The notes below the pieces were generated by a model. It was not told the DNA's origin and did not search any database. It was given only the letters and a program-made list of their open reading frames with translations. Below, piece by piece: positions 9,749-18,897 of a DNA stretch of 64,000 nucleotides. Within the stretch, counting starts at the first letter, position 1. The number at the start of each line of letters is the position of its first letter. Origin of the DNA: Patescibacteria group bacterium. Lineage in GTDB: Bacteria; Patescibacteriota; Minisyncoccia; Phycocordibacterales; UBA918. A program made the position numbers and the translations under genes. The stretch spans positions 42,333 to 106,332 of the forward strand of contig JBBTRC010000007.1 in assembly GCA_038065355.1 (NCBI GenBank), read 5' to 3'.

Positions 9749-10286
9749 CGTGGGGTGCTTTAGCGGCTTCGTGGACGGTAACGTCGCGCAGTTCGTCCTT
9801 TGTCCAGACTTTTTCAGCTCGGTCGACAAACAGCGTACCATCGAGGTGGTCGTTCTCGTGCTGAATTATTTGCGCCAAGAGGCCGCCGGCGCCACGTGTA
9901 AATTTTTTACCGTGTTCGTCATACGCGACAAGCGTCACGTTGGTGTGACGTCGCACAACGCCATAGCCGTCAGGTACCGACAAGCACCCCTCGCCAACCT
10001 CATGGGTTTTTTTTGAAAATTTAGTAATGTGAGGATTGATAGCGACAAGCGTCGGCAAACGGTCTTCCTCGCCGCTCTGGTCTTCGATTAAAAACAGGCG
10101 CTTCGCTACGCCAATTTGCGGCGCCGCAATCGCCACCGCCGCGTAGCCATCGACACTGTAGGTTTTTATCGCCGCTCGCATGTTTTTGAGAATTTTTTCT
10201 ACCGTGCCATCGGTAAATTCCTCCGGCGTAATCTCCTCCGCAATGCTGTGGAGAGCCATGTGATTTTGTGGTACCAGTTTGGCCAT
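9735..10286 (-). CDS. def: Peptide deformylase
   Basis: AIAAPQIG, EGCLSVP and QHENDHLDG motifs. Confidence 0.95.
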   Translation of the reverse strand: MAKLVPQNHMALHSIAEEITPEEFTDGTVEKILKNMRAAIKTYSVDGYAAVAIAAPQIGVAKRLFLIEDQSGEEDRLPTLVAINPHITKFSKKTHEVGEGCLSVPDGYGVVRRHTNVTLVAYDEHGKKFTRGAGGLLAQIIQHENDHLDGTLFVDRAEKVWTKDELRDVTVHEAAKAPHDANA

Positions 10287-10387
10287 ATTTATAGCGGTAT
10301 TATAGCAAAGGAAGCAGATTTTTGCGATACTAAAAGAAAACCCTACGCGCGAACGCGTAGGGTAGTGGTCAGTCTCTGGAGCAAAGA

Positions 10388-11053
10388 TCAAAGTTCGGCC
10401 AGGATGTCCTCGTCCAGATGATAGAGAGTGCAACCGTCCTTGGTAACAAATTTTTGCGCAACGGTTTGCCTGAAGAGCCCCATCAATGATGGATGTGAGA
10501 GTTTTTTCAGAGCCCCCGATTCAATTTGCAGCACACGCATCCCACTGATACCTAGCTCTTTCGCAATCTCTTCTGCCGTCGCTTCACGCCCATTGTGCAA
10601 TCCGAAACGCAAGCGCAACACGCGTTCCTCCCGGGATGTTAACTTTGAGAGCGCCTTGGCCAAAGCTTTTCTTGTCTCGTCTGCCTGGAGTAACAGTTCT
10701 GGTGTCGACTGCCCCGATTTAGCATTTGTAAGCTGTTGCACCTCAGCAAATGTCATTTCCGCATGAGCGCGGTTTTTCTTCAGAGAGAGAAATTCTTGCT
10801 CGGTACTGAAGATGTCTTCTGGTAGACACTGAAGTGCAGCGCATATTTCGTGTACGATACTTCGCCAGCTGCCATCTTTAAGTCGGGCGGGTAGCTTCAT
10901 TCCAATCAATAGAAGAATATTGCCGTAAGCACTTGGTTTGCCTATGAGAGTGGCCAAATCTCTGGCGCTTTTAATCTCATGCTCCTCCATTTTGGTAAGC
11001 AGAAGATTGTTTCTGACAATGAACTCAACTCGGAGTGGCTTTGGATTCGACAT
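10388..11053 (-). CDS. Cro/XRE-like HTH fused to sigma70 region 4 (no region 2)
   Basis: C-terminal LSKLTSREERVLRLRFGL...TAEEIAKELGISGMRVLQIESGALKKLSHP resembles RpoD region 4; N-terminal SARDLATLIG...ICAALQCLPEDIF; SD GGGAGG. Confidence 0.75.
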   Translation of the reverse strand: MSNPKPLRVEFIVRNNLLLTKMEEHEIKSARDLATLIGKPSAYGNILLLIGMKLPARLKDGSWRSIVHEICAALQCLPEDIFSTEQEFLSLKKNRAHAEMTFAEVQQLTNAKSGQSTPELLLQADETRKALAKALSKLTSREERVLRLRFGLHNGREATAEEIAKELGISGMRVLQIESGALKKLSHPSLMGLFRQTVAQKFVTKDGCTLYHLDEDILAEL

Positions 11054-11082
11054 CGCGTCCTCCCGTAAACTTGCTAATGTAG

Positions 11083-11110
11083 ATTGTACACTGTTTTTAG
11101 TGTATGTCAA
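11083..11110 (-). promoter_or_regulatory. Sigma70-type promoter of the sigma-4 fusion gene
   Basis: TTGACA-16 bp-TACAAT immediately after the priA stop codon. Confidence 0.7.
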
Positions 11111-11112
11111 TT

Positions 11113-13005
11113 TTACACAATCCGCTCGGGATTCACTTCTATCTTTATGTAAGGAGGAAGGGTTTTGATGCGTTCCAGTAGAGTTTGATAGGTTGCTTTG
11201 TCATCGGTCTTTAGTCGTAAGAGTGCGTGGGCGAGGGTTTTTTGCGGCGTTGAATTGGGGTTGGTATAAAATTGAGACTCGCCAGACTTAAGGCTGTTTT
11301 TTACCAGTTTACCCACTTCATTCGCGGCGGCCTCCACCCCCGACCATGAGAGCAGAATGAAAGTGGCGTACGGTGGGTAGTGCAACATACGGCGGAGTGA
11401 GATTTCGTCATCATAAAAACGTTCGAGTGCGCCACGCGTGGCATAGGTAAGGAGGGCGTCGGTTTCACTTCGTGTTTGTATCAAGACCTCTTTGGCGGTA
11501 AATTCTCGCAGACGAAGTAATAGTCGAAAAAGAGATTCGTCGGCGCGCCAGGTCGGAATCGAGCGCGTGGCGTCGAGGGACACAACCGCACTCATCTCGA
11601 CACCTCGGCTCAAAAAAGGTAGCGCAATCTGCGTACCGATAAGCACCCCGGATTTTTTGGCAAAAAAATCGTCGGCAATTTTCTTCGCGCGTTTGCCGGT
11701 CGGAGCGGTCAGGTGGTCGATGATAAACGCGTCACTGTCCGGCATTTTTTCTTGCCACTCATCATAAACGTGCTGTACCCCCACACCGCGTTCTCGCAAG
11801 CGCCACGAACCGCACTCGCTGCAGACATCAGCCGCCCGAACTTTTGTGCCCGAGGTGTTTGATACGAACCAGCGTTCTTCTTTATCTCCAGTTCGAGTTC
11901 GAATCAGAGAGTAGGGAGTATTAGAGTCAGGGCAACGAAAGATGTGGCCGCAGTCGATGCAGGCAACGACCGGCGCGAGGCCACTGCGAGCCGCATACAA
12001 AAAGACGTGGCCACGCGCCTCCAGCGTCCGTGTCGCACTCCGTAGCAACTCCGGCGAAAATAGCTGAAACGGGCAGTCGGGTTTTGGTTTGTCTTTCTGT
12101 TTGACGATAGTTAAAGGGGCGGTAAAGGCCAGGCGTTTCACTTCTTCTCCAAGCGTCGTGTACCGCTCGCTTCGCCGGTGCACTTCGTCTTCGGTGCGCG
12201 GGACGGTGTCGCCGAGAATAATACTGCGGCCGGAAACAGCTGCATACGCGATGAGCGCGTCGCGATGGTCGAGGTAGGGACGTTGTCTCGTTTTATAATG
12301 GGGACTGGCGGACTGCTCGACAATGATGCTGAGCAAGTCGATTCGTTCGACGTACGCGTAGGCTGGCGTTGTAATAATGAGTTTGGCCAAGGTTTCGTCT
12401 TCAAGTTTGGCAAATGCATCATCACGTTGGCGCTTGGTGTGGGATGGTGAAATAACGACGAGACGTTCTTCGATACCTTGTCGAAGTTCCTCAACTATAT
12501 AATCGATTTCCACCGCCGTTGGTACCACCAGCAACACCGAACCGCGATGAGCGAAGGTACTCCTAATATGACTTTTGTACGCCAGAATGCGTTCGTCAAA
12601 CCGTCCCGTCAAAATCTGCGGCGTGCTGTCTTCAGTGTGCAGGATTGGGTTTACGACTGGATACGAACGCGCACCCTTGCGCACGTCCGGCGGCAAGAGT
12701 GTGTATATGATAGAACCAACCGTCGCCGGATAGAGCAGAACCAAGCGCGCGGCGGTATCGCGTACGGTTTTGGGCAGCACGGTGGGTTTGTCTTGGTTGG
12801 GCAGTTTGCGTAAAGAAAAGGTGGCCGCTTTGAGCGCCGTTTTTGTACTGCTCACCGGCTTGCTGTCGAGTACGATAGCAGCCTGATTTTTGCCGCGTAT
12901 CGGCACTTGAATAAAGCTCCCGAGCTCGTAGTTGCTACTTGAGAAATAGGAAAGTGATTCAAGCTGGGTGCCACGAATGAGAGGAATGACATGAATCACG
13001 AACAT
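11113..13005 (-). CDS. priA: Primosomal protein N' (PriA)-like, degenerate helicase motifs
   Basis: N-terminal GSFIQVPIRGK, Cys-rich region, RRMLHYPPY C-terminal motif; priA-def-fmt synteny. Confidence 0.8.
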   Translation of the reverse strand: MFVIHVIPLIRGTQLESLSYFSSSNYELGSFIQVPIRGKNQAAIVLDSKPVSSTKTALKAATFSLRKLPNQDKPTVLPKTVRDTAARLVLLYPATVGSIIYTLLPPDVRKGARSYPVVNPILHTEDSTPQILTGRFDERILAYKSHIRSTFAHRGSVLLVVPTAVEIDYIVEELRQGIEERLVVISPSHTKRQRDDAFAKLEDETLAKLIITTPAYAYVERIDLLSIIVEQSASPHYKTRQRPYLDHRDALIAYAAVSGRSIILGDTVPRTEDEVHRRSERYTTLGEEVKRLAFTAPLTIVKQKDKPKPDCPFQLFSPELLRSATRTLEARGHVFLYAARSGLAPVVACIDCGHIFRCPDSNTPYSLIRTRTGDKEERWFVSNTSGTKVRAADVCSECGSWRLRERGVGVQHVYDEWQEKMPDSDAFIIDHLTAPTGKRAKKIADDFFAKKSGVLIGTQIALPFLSRGVEMSAVVSLDATRSIPTWRADESLFRLLLRLREFTAKEVLIQTRSETDALLTYATRGALERFYDDEISLRRMLHYPPYATFILLSWSGVEAAANEVGKLVKNSLKSGESQFYTNPNSTPQKTLAHALLRLKTDDKATYQTLLERIKTLPPYIKIEVNPERIV

Positions 13006-13031
13006 GGGAGGGTATTATAGCAAAATCTCAA

Positions 13032-13103
13032 CCCACCTAGAATTACTATTTTCTACGCCCACCGCCCCAACACCGCCCTCCGAAAATAGTAATTCTAGGT
13101 GGG
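13032..13103. repeat. Perfect 22-bp inverted repeat element
   Basis: CCCACCTAGAATTACTATTTTC ... GAAAATAGTAATTCTAGGTGGG with a 28-bp C-rich spacer. Confidence 0.85.
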
Positions 13104-13148
13104 CTGCAGTCGCAAAACTAAGTGTAACTCAATAGTGGAAGTGTAGAC

Positions 13149-14648
13149 CTAAAACTCGTCTAGGTAGGCGATTTTGGCGCCGAGCGAAGCGAGGCGCTCG
13201 ACCAGCTTTTCGTAGCCGCGGTTAATGCTGTAGATGTTGCGCAACACCGAAGTGCCGGAAGCGCCAAGCATGGCGATCAAAAGAATAGTCGCTGGCCGGA
13301 GCGCCGGCGGACAGATCAGCTCGGTGGCACGAAGTTTCGAAGGGCCGGTAATGTAGATACGGTGGGGGTCAGCTAGGACGGTCTCGGCGCCGAGTTTGTC
13401 GAGCTCGGTAAAATAGATGGCCCGTTTATCGTACATCCAGTCGTGAATCAAAGTTTGACCGGCTGCTTGAGTAGCGATGACGGCAAAAAATGGCAGGTTA
13501 TCAGCATTGATGCCGGGGTAAGGGCGCGAGTGGATTTTATCCGCCGCCGCGGTGAGTTTTGATGGCTTGGTAGTGATGTCAACCAATTTCACTTGACCAT
13601 TGGCGCCGAGGTATGGCTTTGACATGGTGTACTTGAAACCCATCTTTTTTAACGTGAGGAGTTCTAGTTCAAGAAATTCAATCGGACAGCGGGTAATGGT
13701 GATCGAAGAATTAGTCACGATGGCCGCGGTCAAAAAGAACATGCTGTCGGTCGGGTCTTCAGCCAAAGTGTACTCGATGTCTTTTTTAATCTCATCAACT
13801 CCGGTGACGGTGAGTGTGGTGGTACCGACGCCGTCAATCTGCACACCAAGCTCACGCAGGAACACGCACAGCTCCTGCACCATGTAGTTGGCTGAAGCGT
13901 ACTTAATGACAGTAGTGCCGGGGAAGCGGGCGGCGGCCATAAGCACGTTTTCGGTCACGGTGTCGCCCGATTCATAGAGTATGATTTCTTGGGGTTGTTT
14001 TTTCTTGACACTCACCTCGTAGGTGTCGTTGGTGGTTTTGATATCGACACCAAATTCTTCAAGTGCATAGAAATGCGGTCGCACCGTGCGGCTACCGAGC
14101 TTGCAGCCGCCCGACTGCGGTAACGAAAATGTTTTGAGGTGGTGGATGAGCGGCCCGATAAACATGACGATGCTGCGGGTGCGTTTGGCGGATTCGGTGT
14201 TGATGCGTGCTAGGTTAAATGTCCGTGGTGGTGTGATTGAGACAGAGCTTTTGTCCCACTCTACTCGTACGCCGATACTCTGGAGCACCTCAATCAGACG
14301 ATGCACTTCTTCGATACGCGGCATTTTATGAAGTCTCGTCGTGCCGCGATTTAAAAGAGACGCACACAGGAGGCCGACTGCGCCGTTTTTTGATGAATTT
14401 GTTTCGATGGCACCCGTCAGCGTCTGGCCGCCGTCGACACGTACGCTTACGGTACCAGGCGAGAGGGTAATGAGGTTTTTGCCGAGCGCTTTGCCGATAC
14501 GGCGGAGCATGTCGGCACTCACATTTTGCCGGCCCGACTCAATGCGGGCGACCGCGCTCTGGGTAGTTTTAATTTTTTTGGCGAGGGCGGCCTGCGTTAT
14601 CCCAAGTGTTTCTCGCACGTCCGCGATGCGGTTTCCTATGTGTGACAT
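13149..14648 (-). CDS. murA: XRE-HTH fused UDP-N-acetylglucosamine 1-carboxyvinyltransferase
   Basis: N-terminal GITQAALAKKIKTTQSAVARIESG HTH; SKNGAV, GGCKLGSR and INRGYE MurA motifs. Confidence 0.9.
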   Translation of the reverse strand: MSHIGNRIADVRETLGITQAALAKKIKTTQSAVARIESGRQNVSADMLRRIGKALGKNLITLSPGTVSVRVDGGQTLTGAIETNSSKNGAVGLLCASLLNRGTTRLHKMPRIEEVHRLIEVLQSIGVRVEWDKSSVSITPPRTFNLARINTESAKRTRSIVMFIGPLIHHLKTFSLPQSGGCKLGSRTVRPHFYALEEFGVDIKTTNDTYEVSVKKKQPQEIILYESGDTVTENVLMAAARFPGTTVIKYASANYMVQELCVFLRELGVQIDGVGTTTLTVTGVDEIKKDIEYTLAEDPTDSMFFLTAAIVTNSSITITRCPIEFLELELLTLKKMGFKYTMSKPYLGANGQVKLVDITTKPSKLTAAADKIHSRPYPGINADNLPFFAVIATQAAGQTLIHDWMYDKRAIYFTELDKLGAETVLADPHRIYITGPSKLRATELICPPALRPATILLIAMLGASGTSVLRNIYSINRGYEKLVERLASLGAKIAYLDEF

Positions 14649-14751
14649 GAGCAATAGCATAGCATATGCGCTATGCGTGGAAGAAACTGTGAAATACTTG
14701 ACAATTAACCTTGAGTGTGATATTATGAAGAGAGTCAACAAGAGGTGCGAC

Positions 14752-14907
14752 ATGAAGATTATTTTTAAAGTTCTGCGCGGTATCTGCAGGTTCTTGATTC
14801 TGGCCCTGACGCAGGACCCTTACGCCGAAGTTCGGCGTATAGGTCTGCTCGGCATGCTCGAGGAGCGTCGTCAGAATCCGGCCGCTTTCGCCCATGAGGG
14901 ATGCTAG
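14752..14907 (+). CDS. 51-aa orphan microprotein
   Basis: TTGACA(14698)-17-TATTAT, SD AGAGGTG, terminator 14929-14968; MKIIFKVLRGICRFLILALTQDPY... Confidence 0.55.
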   Translation: MKIIFKVLRGICRFLILALTQDPYAEVRRIGLLGMLEERRQNPAAFAHEGC

Positions 14908-15017
14908 ACCGCCGTGTTGACACAATAGGTGCCCGAACTTCCGTAAGGAGGTTCGGGCACTATTTTTTACCCTCAATTTCCTCTATTTTCTTTAATGCAG
15001 TACTATGATGCTACTGT

Positions 15018-16031
15018 ATGTTTGGTAGCTTTACTCCTAAAGTCGGAATTGATCTTGGTACTACCAATATTTTGGTGTTTGTTCCTGGTCAAGGCATTGT
15101 ATTAAATGAACCGTCGGTGGTGGCCATCTCCGACAACAATCAAGTGCTGGCGGTCGGCACGGAAGCGAAGCTTATGATTGGCCGCACCCCTGACACTATA
15201 CGTGCGTACCGCCCCATGCGTGACGGCGTGATTGCCGACTACCGCGTGACGGAGACAATGCTCCGTTACTTTCTCCGCAAATCCATGAGCAAATACAGTC
15301 TGTTCAAACCAGACGTGATGGTGTCGGTGCCGGCCGGTGTAACCTCGACCGAACGGCGGGCGGTCATCGAAGCGGCCATCAAAGCCGGCGCTAAAAACGC
15401 CTACGTGGTGAAAGAGCCGATTTTGGCCGCCATTGGCGCCGGTGTCCCCATTTATGAGCCGCAGGGACACATGATCGTCGACATCGGCGGGGGTACGATT
15501 GACGTGGCGGTGATTTCGCTTGGCGGCATTGTCGCCGCCAACTCGGTGAAGTGTGCGGGCAACCGCATTGATGCGGCCATCATCGACTACATCAAAAAAT
15601 CCCGCAACCTCTCAGTCGGCGAAAAGACCGCTGAAGAAATCAAAATCCAGATTGGTTCGGCCTTGCCGGTTGAGGAAGAATTAACGATGGACATAAAAGG
15701 ACGGGACGTGTTGTCCGGTTTGCCGCGCACCACCGAACTGAAGACAAATGAAGTAGTGCGCGCAATCAGCCGCGAACTGCGAGAAATGGTCAAAGCCATC
15801 AAAGACGTTTTTCAAGAAACGCCGCCCGAGCTCGCCGCCGACATCATCGATGGCGGCATCATCATGACCGGCGGCACATCGCAACTGCGCAATTTTCCCG
15901 AGCTCATTCGCCGCCGCACCGGCGTGAAAGCGGTGGTGGCTGATCAGGCGCTTTTTTGTGTCGCCAAAGGTACCGGCATTGCGCTTGAACACCTTGATGT
16001 CTACAAACGCGCCGTGTTCGCCAAGAAGTAA
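15018..16031 (+). CDS. mreB: MreB/Mbl actin-like protein (paralogue 1)
   Basis: GIDLGTTN, VDIGGGT and TPPELAADI motifs. Confidence 0.93.
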   Translation: MFGSFTPKVGIDLGTTNILVFVPGQGIVLNEPSVVAISDNNQVLAVGTEAKLMIGRTPDTIRAYRPMRDGVIADYRVTETMLRYFLRKSMSKYSLFKPDVMVSVPAGVTSTERRAVIEAAIKAGAKNAYVVKEPILAAIGAGVPIYEPQGHMIVDIGGGTIDVAVISLGGIVAANSVKCAGNRIDAAIIDYIKKSRNLSVGEKTAEEIKIQIGSALPVEEELTMDIKGRDVLSGLPRTTELKTNEVVRAISRELREMVKAIKDVFQETPPELAADIIDGGIIMTGGTSQLRNFPELIRRRTGVKAVVADQALFCVAKGTGIALEHLDVYKRAVFAKK

Positions 16032-16125
16032 AAATTTTTCCACAAAAGACTCCGCAGTATCTTTAAGTTTAAAAGGGGATTAGGTCGCATCCTTGTCTCT
16101 GTTTCGCGGTACTATAATAGGTACT

Positions 16126-18888
16126 ATGGAAGGTGTTCCTGCGAAATTTTCTAATCCTCAAGAGGAAATAAACTACTTGCGCGAACGCATCGCCGTGCGC
16201 GAACGGGAACTGCTTGATCGTACACCAGAAATAGACACTGCCGACCGAGAGACCATTGGCCGCCAAGAGCTAAAAGAATATACCAGCTTCACTCCTAAGA
16301 TGGTGCTCAAACCTGACTATGAGCTTACCCATGAGGCACTGACGCGGTCTGTTGAACACATCAAAACCGCATCTGATCCAGCCGAGGAGATTTTGGCTAT
16401 TGCGTACGAAAAGGGAATCAGAAATGCCTTGAGTATTCTCGAAAAGACAGAGAACGCGTTTGTGGTCGACGAAGTGCATCGGCAACTAATAGAGCACCTG
16501 AGGGCCGGCGCAACCCTCGCCAACCTCAAAGAAGGAGTGCCGCCGTGGCATATACTCCACATGACTCTCTACCAAGTGACCTTGCCGGCCGAAGTGGCTC
16601 CGGGCGGACGAGAATACGATCTGGCCGAACTCGCCGGCATGATGCAGCAGCTGTTTGCTGGACTGCGCACTATAGGCTCGGTCAAGGAACACAATCACTT
16701 CACGATTGAGATTGCAGTCGCCAACAACAGCAGTGACATCGTTTTTTACGTCGCGGTGCCCAATGAGTTTACGTCGCTGTTTGAGAAACAAACACACTCA
16801 CTTTTCCCGTCGGCCGTCTTAGAGATACAACCGCACGATTACAACATCTATATAAAAAATGGCAGCACGCACATCGCCGAGATAGCTCTGAAAAAACATC
16901 CAATCTACCTGCTCAAAACTTTTGATACATTCACTTCCGATCCACTGGTAGTGATCTTAAATGCACTGTCGAAAATAGATCACCATGGCACCGGTGCGGC
17001 TGTGCAGTTTGTGGTTCGTCATCCGCGGCGGCAGTATCGCAAGGTGTTTGAACAGATTATCAAGTCCATCGAAAAGGGTACTAAACCACAAGAAGCGATT
17101 GCACAAAGCACCATGGCTGGTGAGTTCGTGGCGACGGTCGGTGAATTGTTCGGGAGCGGCAAGAAAAAAGCCAGTGACGAAGAAGAACCAGTTGTTGTCG
17201 ACACCGCCACGCTTGAGCAGTTTAAACGCAAAATAAAAACTGACCTGGTCGAGGTAAACATCCGCATTGTCGCGTCTTCGGAAAGTGAAGCCAAAGCGCA
17301 ACAAATTTTGACCGAGATCGAGTCAGCGTTTAACCAGTTTGACTCCACCGAAGGCAATCAGATTGTTTTTAAGCAACTTAAAGGCGGCGCGCTTCTCCGG
17401 GCAGAGCAAGCATTTTCGTTTCGGGAACTGACTTCAAACAATCTTTTTCCTCTTTCGCTTGAAGAGCTGTCAACGCTTATTCACTTCCCCGGTAACGGTA
17501 TCCACTCGACGCCGGAGTTCAAACAGTCCTACGCCAAAACCGCCCCGGCGCAAAATGCCATGCCGACCGAGGGCACATTGCTCGGCATCAACAACCATAG
17601 AGGCGTCAAACGGCCCATCTACATCACCGAAGCAGACCGTCTGCGGCATTTCTACATCATCGGCCAGACCGGTACTGGTAAGTCAGTTTTTCTCAAAAAT
17701 CTCATTATCCAAGATATCCAATCCGGCGCGGGTGTCTGTATGATCGATCCTCACGGCACCGATATTGAGGACGTGCTCGGAGCGGTGCCAAAGGAGCGAG
17801 AGCAAGATGTGATTTACTTTGATCCATCCCGCCAAGACCGCGTGCTAGGACTCAACATGCTTGAGTATGACGCGTCCAAACCCGAGCAGAAGACGTTTGT
17901 GGTCAATGAGCTTTTCTCAATCTTTCAGAAGCTCTACGGAGCCAACCCAGAGTCGATGGGTCCGATGTTTGAGCAGTACTTCCGCAATGCCACCTTGCTC
18001 GTCCTCGAAGACCCTGACAGCGGCAACACCCTCATGGATATTTCTCGCGTGCTCGCTGACGCAAAGTACCGCCGACAAAAGCTTGAGAAAGCCACCAACC
18101 CGGTCGTGGTGCAGTTTTGGCGGGAGATTGCGGCCAAAGCCGGCGGGGAAGCGACGCTCGAAAACATTGTGCCGTACATTGTGTCGAAGTTCGACGTATT
18201 CACCGCCAATGACTACATGCGTCCGATTATTGGCCAGCAAAAGAGCGCCTTTAACTTCCGGCAAGTCATGGACGAACGAAAGATTTTGCTCATCAATCTC
18301 TCGAAAGGCCGTCTCGGAGAGATCAACGCCAATCTTATCGGTATGATTGTGGTGGGAAAATTTTTAATGGCTGCGCTCTCGCGTGTCGACGATCCGACCA
18401 AGAGCTTCCCGCCGTTCTATCTTCACATTGATGAATTTCAAAATATTTCGACTAATTCAATAGCGTCCATTTTGTCAGAGGCTCGCAAATACAAACTCGG
18501 GTTGACAGTCGTTCATCAGTTCATTGCGCAATTGGATCCGGTCATCAAAGATGCAGTGTTTGGTAACGTCGGATCAATTGCCGCCTTTCGGGTGGGCAAT
18601 GACGACGCAGTGGCGCTCGAGTCACAGTTTGCCCCAACCTTCACCGCCGCAGAACTCATGAATATTCCAAATTACAACGCGTATCTGCGCGTGCTCGCCA
18701 ACGGTACCCCGACCCTCCCGTTCAGCATCGAGACACTGCCGCTTGAAGATACGGATCACAAACGAGTCGCTGAGCTTATAGAACAAAGCGGCCTTCGCTA
18801 CGGACGACCAAAGCACGACATCGAAGCTGAAATACAAGCACGTTACCAAAGACCAACACCGCCGGTACCGAATGCCCTACGTATGTAG
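16126..18888 (+). CDS. VirD4/TraG/TrwB-like type IV coupling ATPase
   Basis: Walker A GQTGTGKS, IDPHG, Walker B LHIDEFQN and SEARKYKLGLTVVHQ motifs. Confidence 0.85.
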   Translation: MEGVPAKFSNPQEEINYLRERIAVRERELLDRTPEIDTADRETIGRQELKEYTSFTPKMVLKPDYELTHEALTRSVEHIKTASDPAEEILAIAYEKGIRNALSILEKTENAFVVDEVHRQLIEHLRAGATLANLKEGVPPWHILHMTLYQVTLPAEVAPGGREYDLAELAGMMQQLFAGLRTIGSVKEHNHFTIEIAVANNSSDIVFYVAVPNEFTSLFEKQTHSLFPSAVLEIQPHDYNIYIKNGSTHIAEIALKKHPIYLLKTFDTFTSDPLVVILNALSKIDHHGTGAAVQFVVRHPRRQYRKVFEQIIKSIEKGTKPQEAIAQSTMAGEFVATVGELFGSGKKKASDEEEPVVVDTATLEQFKRKIKTDLVEVNIRIVASSESEAKAQQILTEIESAFNQFDSTEGNQIVFKQLKGGALLRAEQAFSFRELTSNNLFPLSLEELSTLIHFPGNGIHSTPEFKQSYAKTAPAQNAMPTEGTLLGINNHRGVKRPIYITEADRLRHFYIIGQTGTGKSVFLKNLIIQDIQSGAGVCMIDPHGTDIEDVLGAVPKEREQDVIYFDPSRQDRVLGLNMLEYDASKPEQKTFVVNELFSIFQKLYGANPESMGPMFEQYFRNATLLVLEDPDSGNTLMDISRVLADAKYRRQKLEKATNPVVVQFWREIAAKAGGEATLENIVPYIVSKFDVFTANDYMRPIIGQQKSAFNFRQVMDERKILLINLSKGRLGEINANLIGMIVVGKFLMAALSRVDDPTKSFPPFYLHIDEFQNISTNSIASILSEARKYKLGLTVVHQFIAQLDPVIKDAVFGNVGSIAAFRVGNDDAVALESQFAPTFTAAELMNIPNYNAYLRVLANGTPTLPFSIETLPLEDTDHKRVAELIEQSGLRYGRPKHDIEAEIQARYQRPTPPVPNALRM

Positions 18889-18897
18889 CATATATAT

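Noticed and set aside
16126-18888. ATPase as marker of a conjugative element or prophage
   Set aside because: No relaxase, integrase, VirB or phage genes; it uses the core-gene leaderless signal and sits among housekeeping genes
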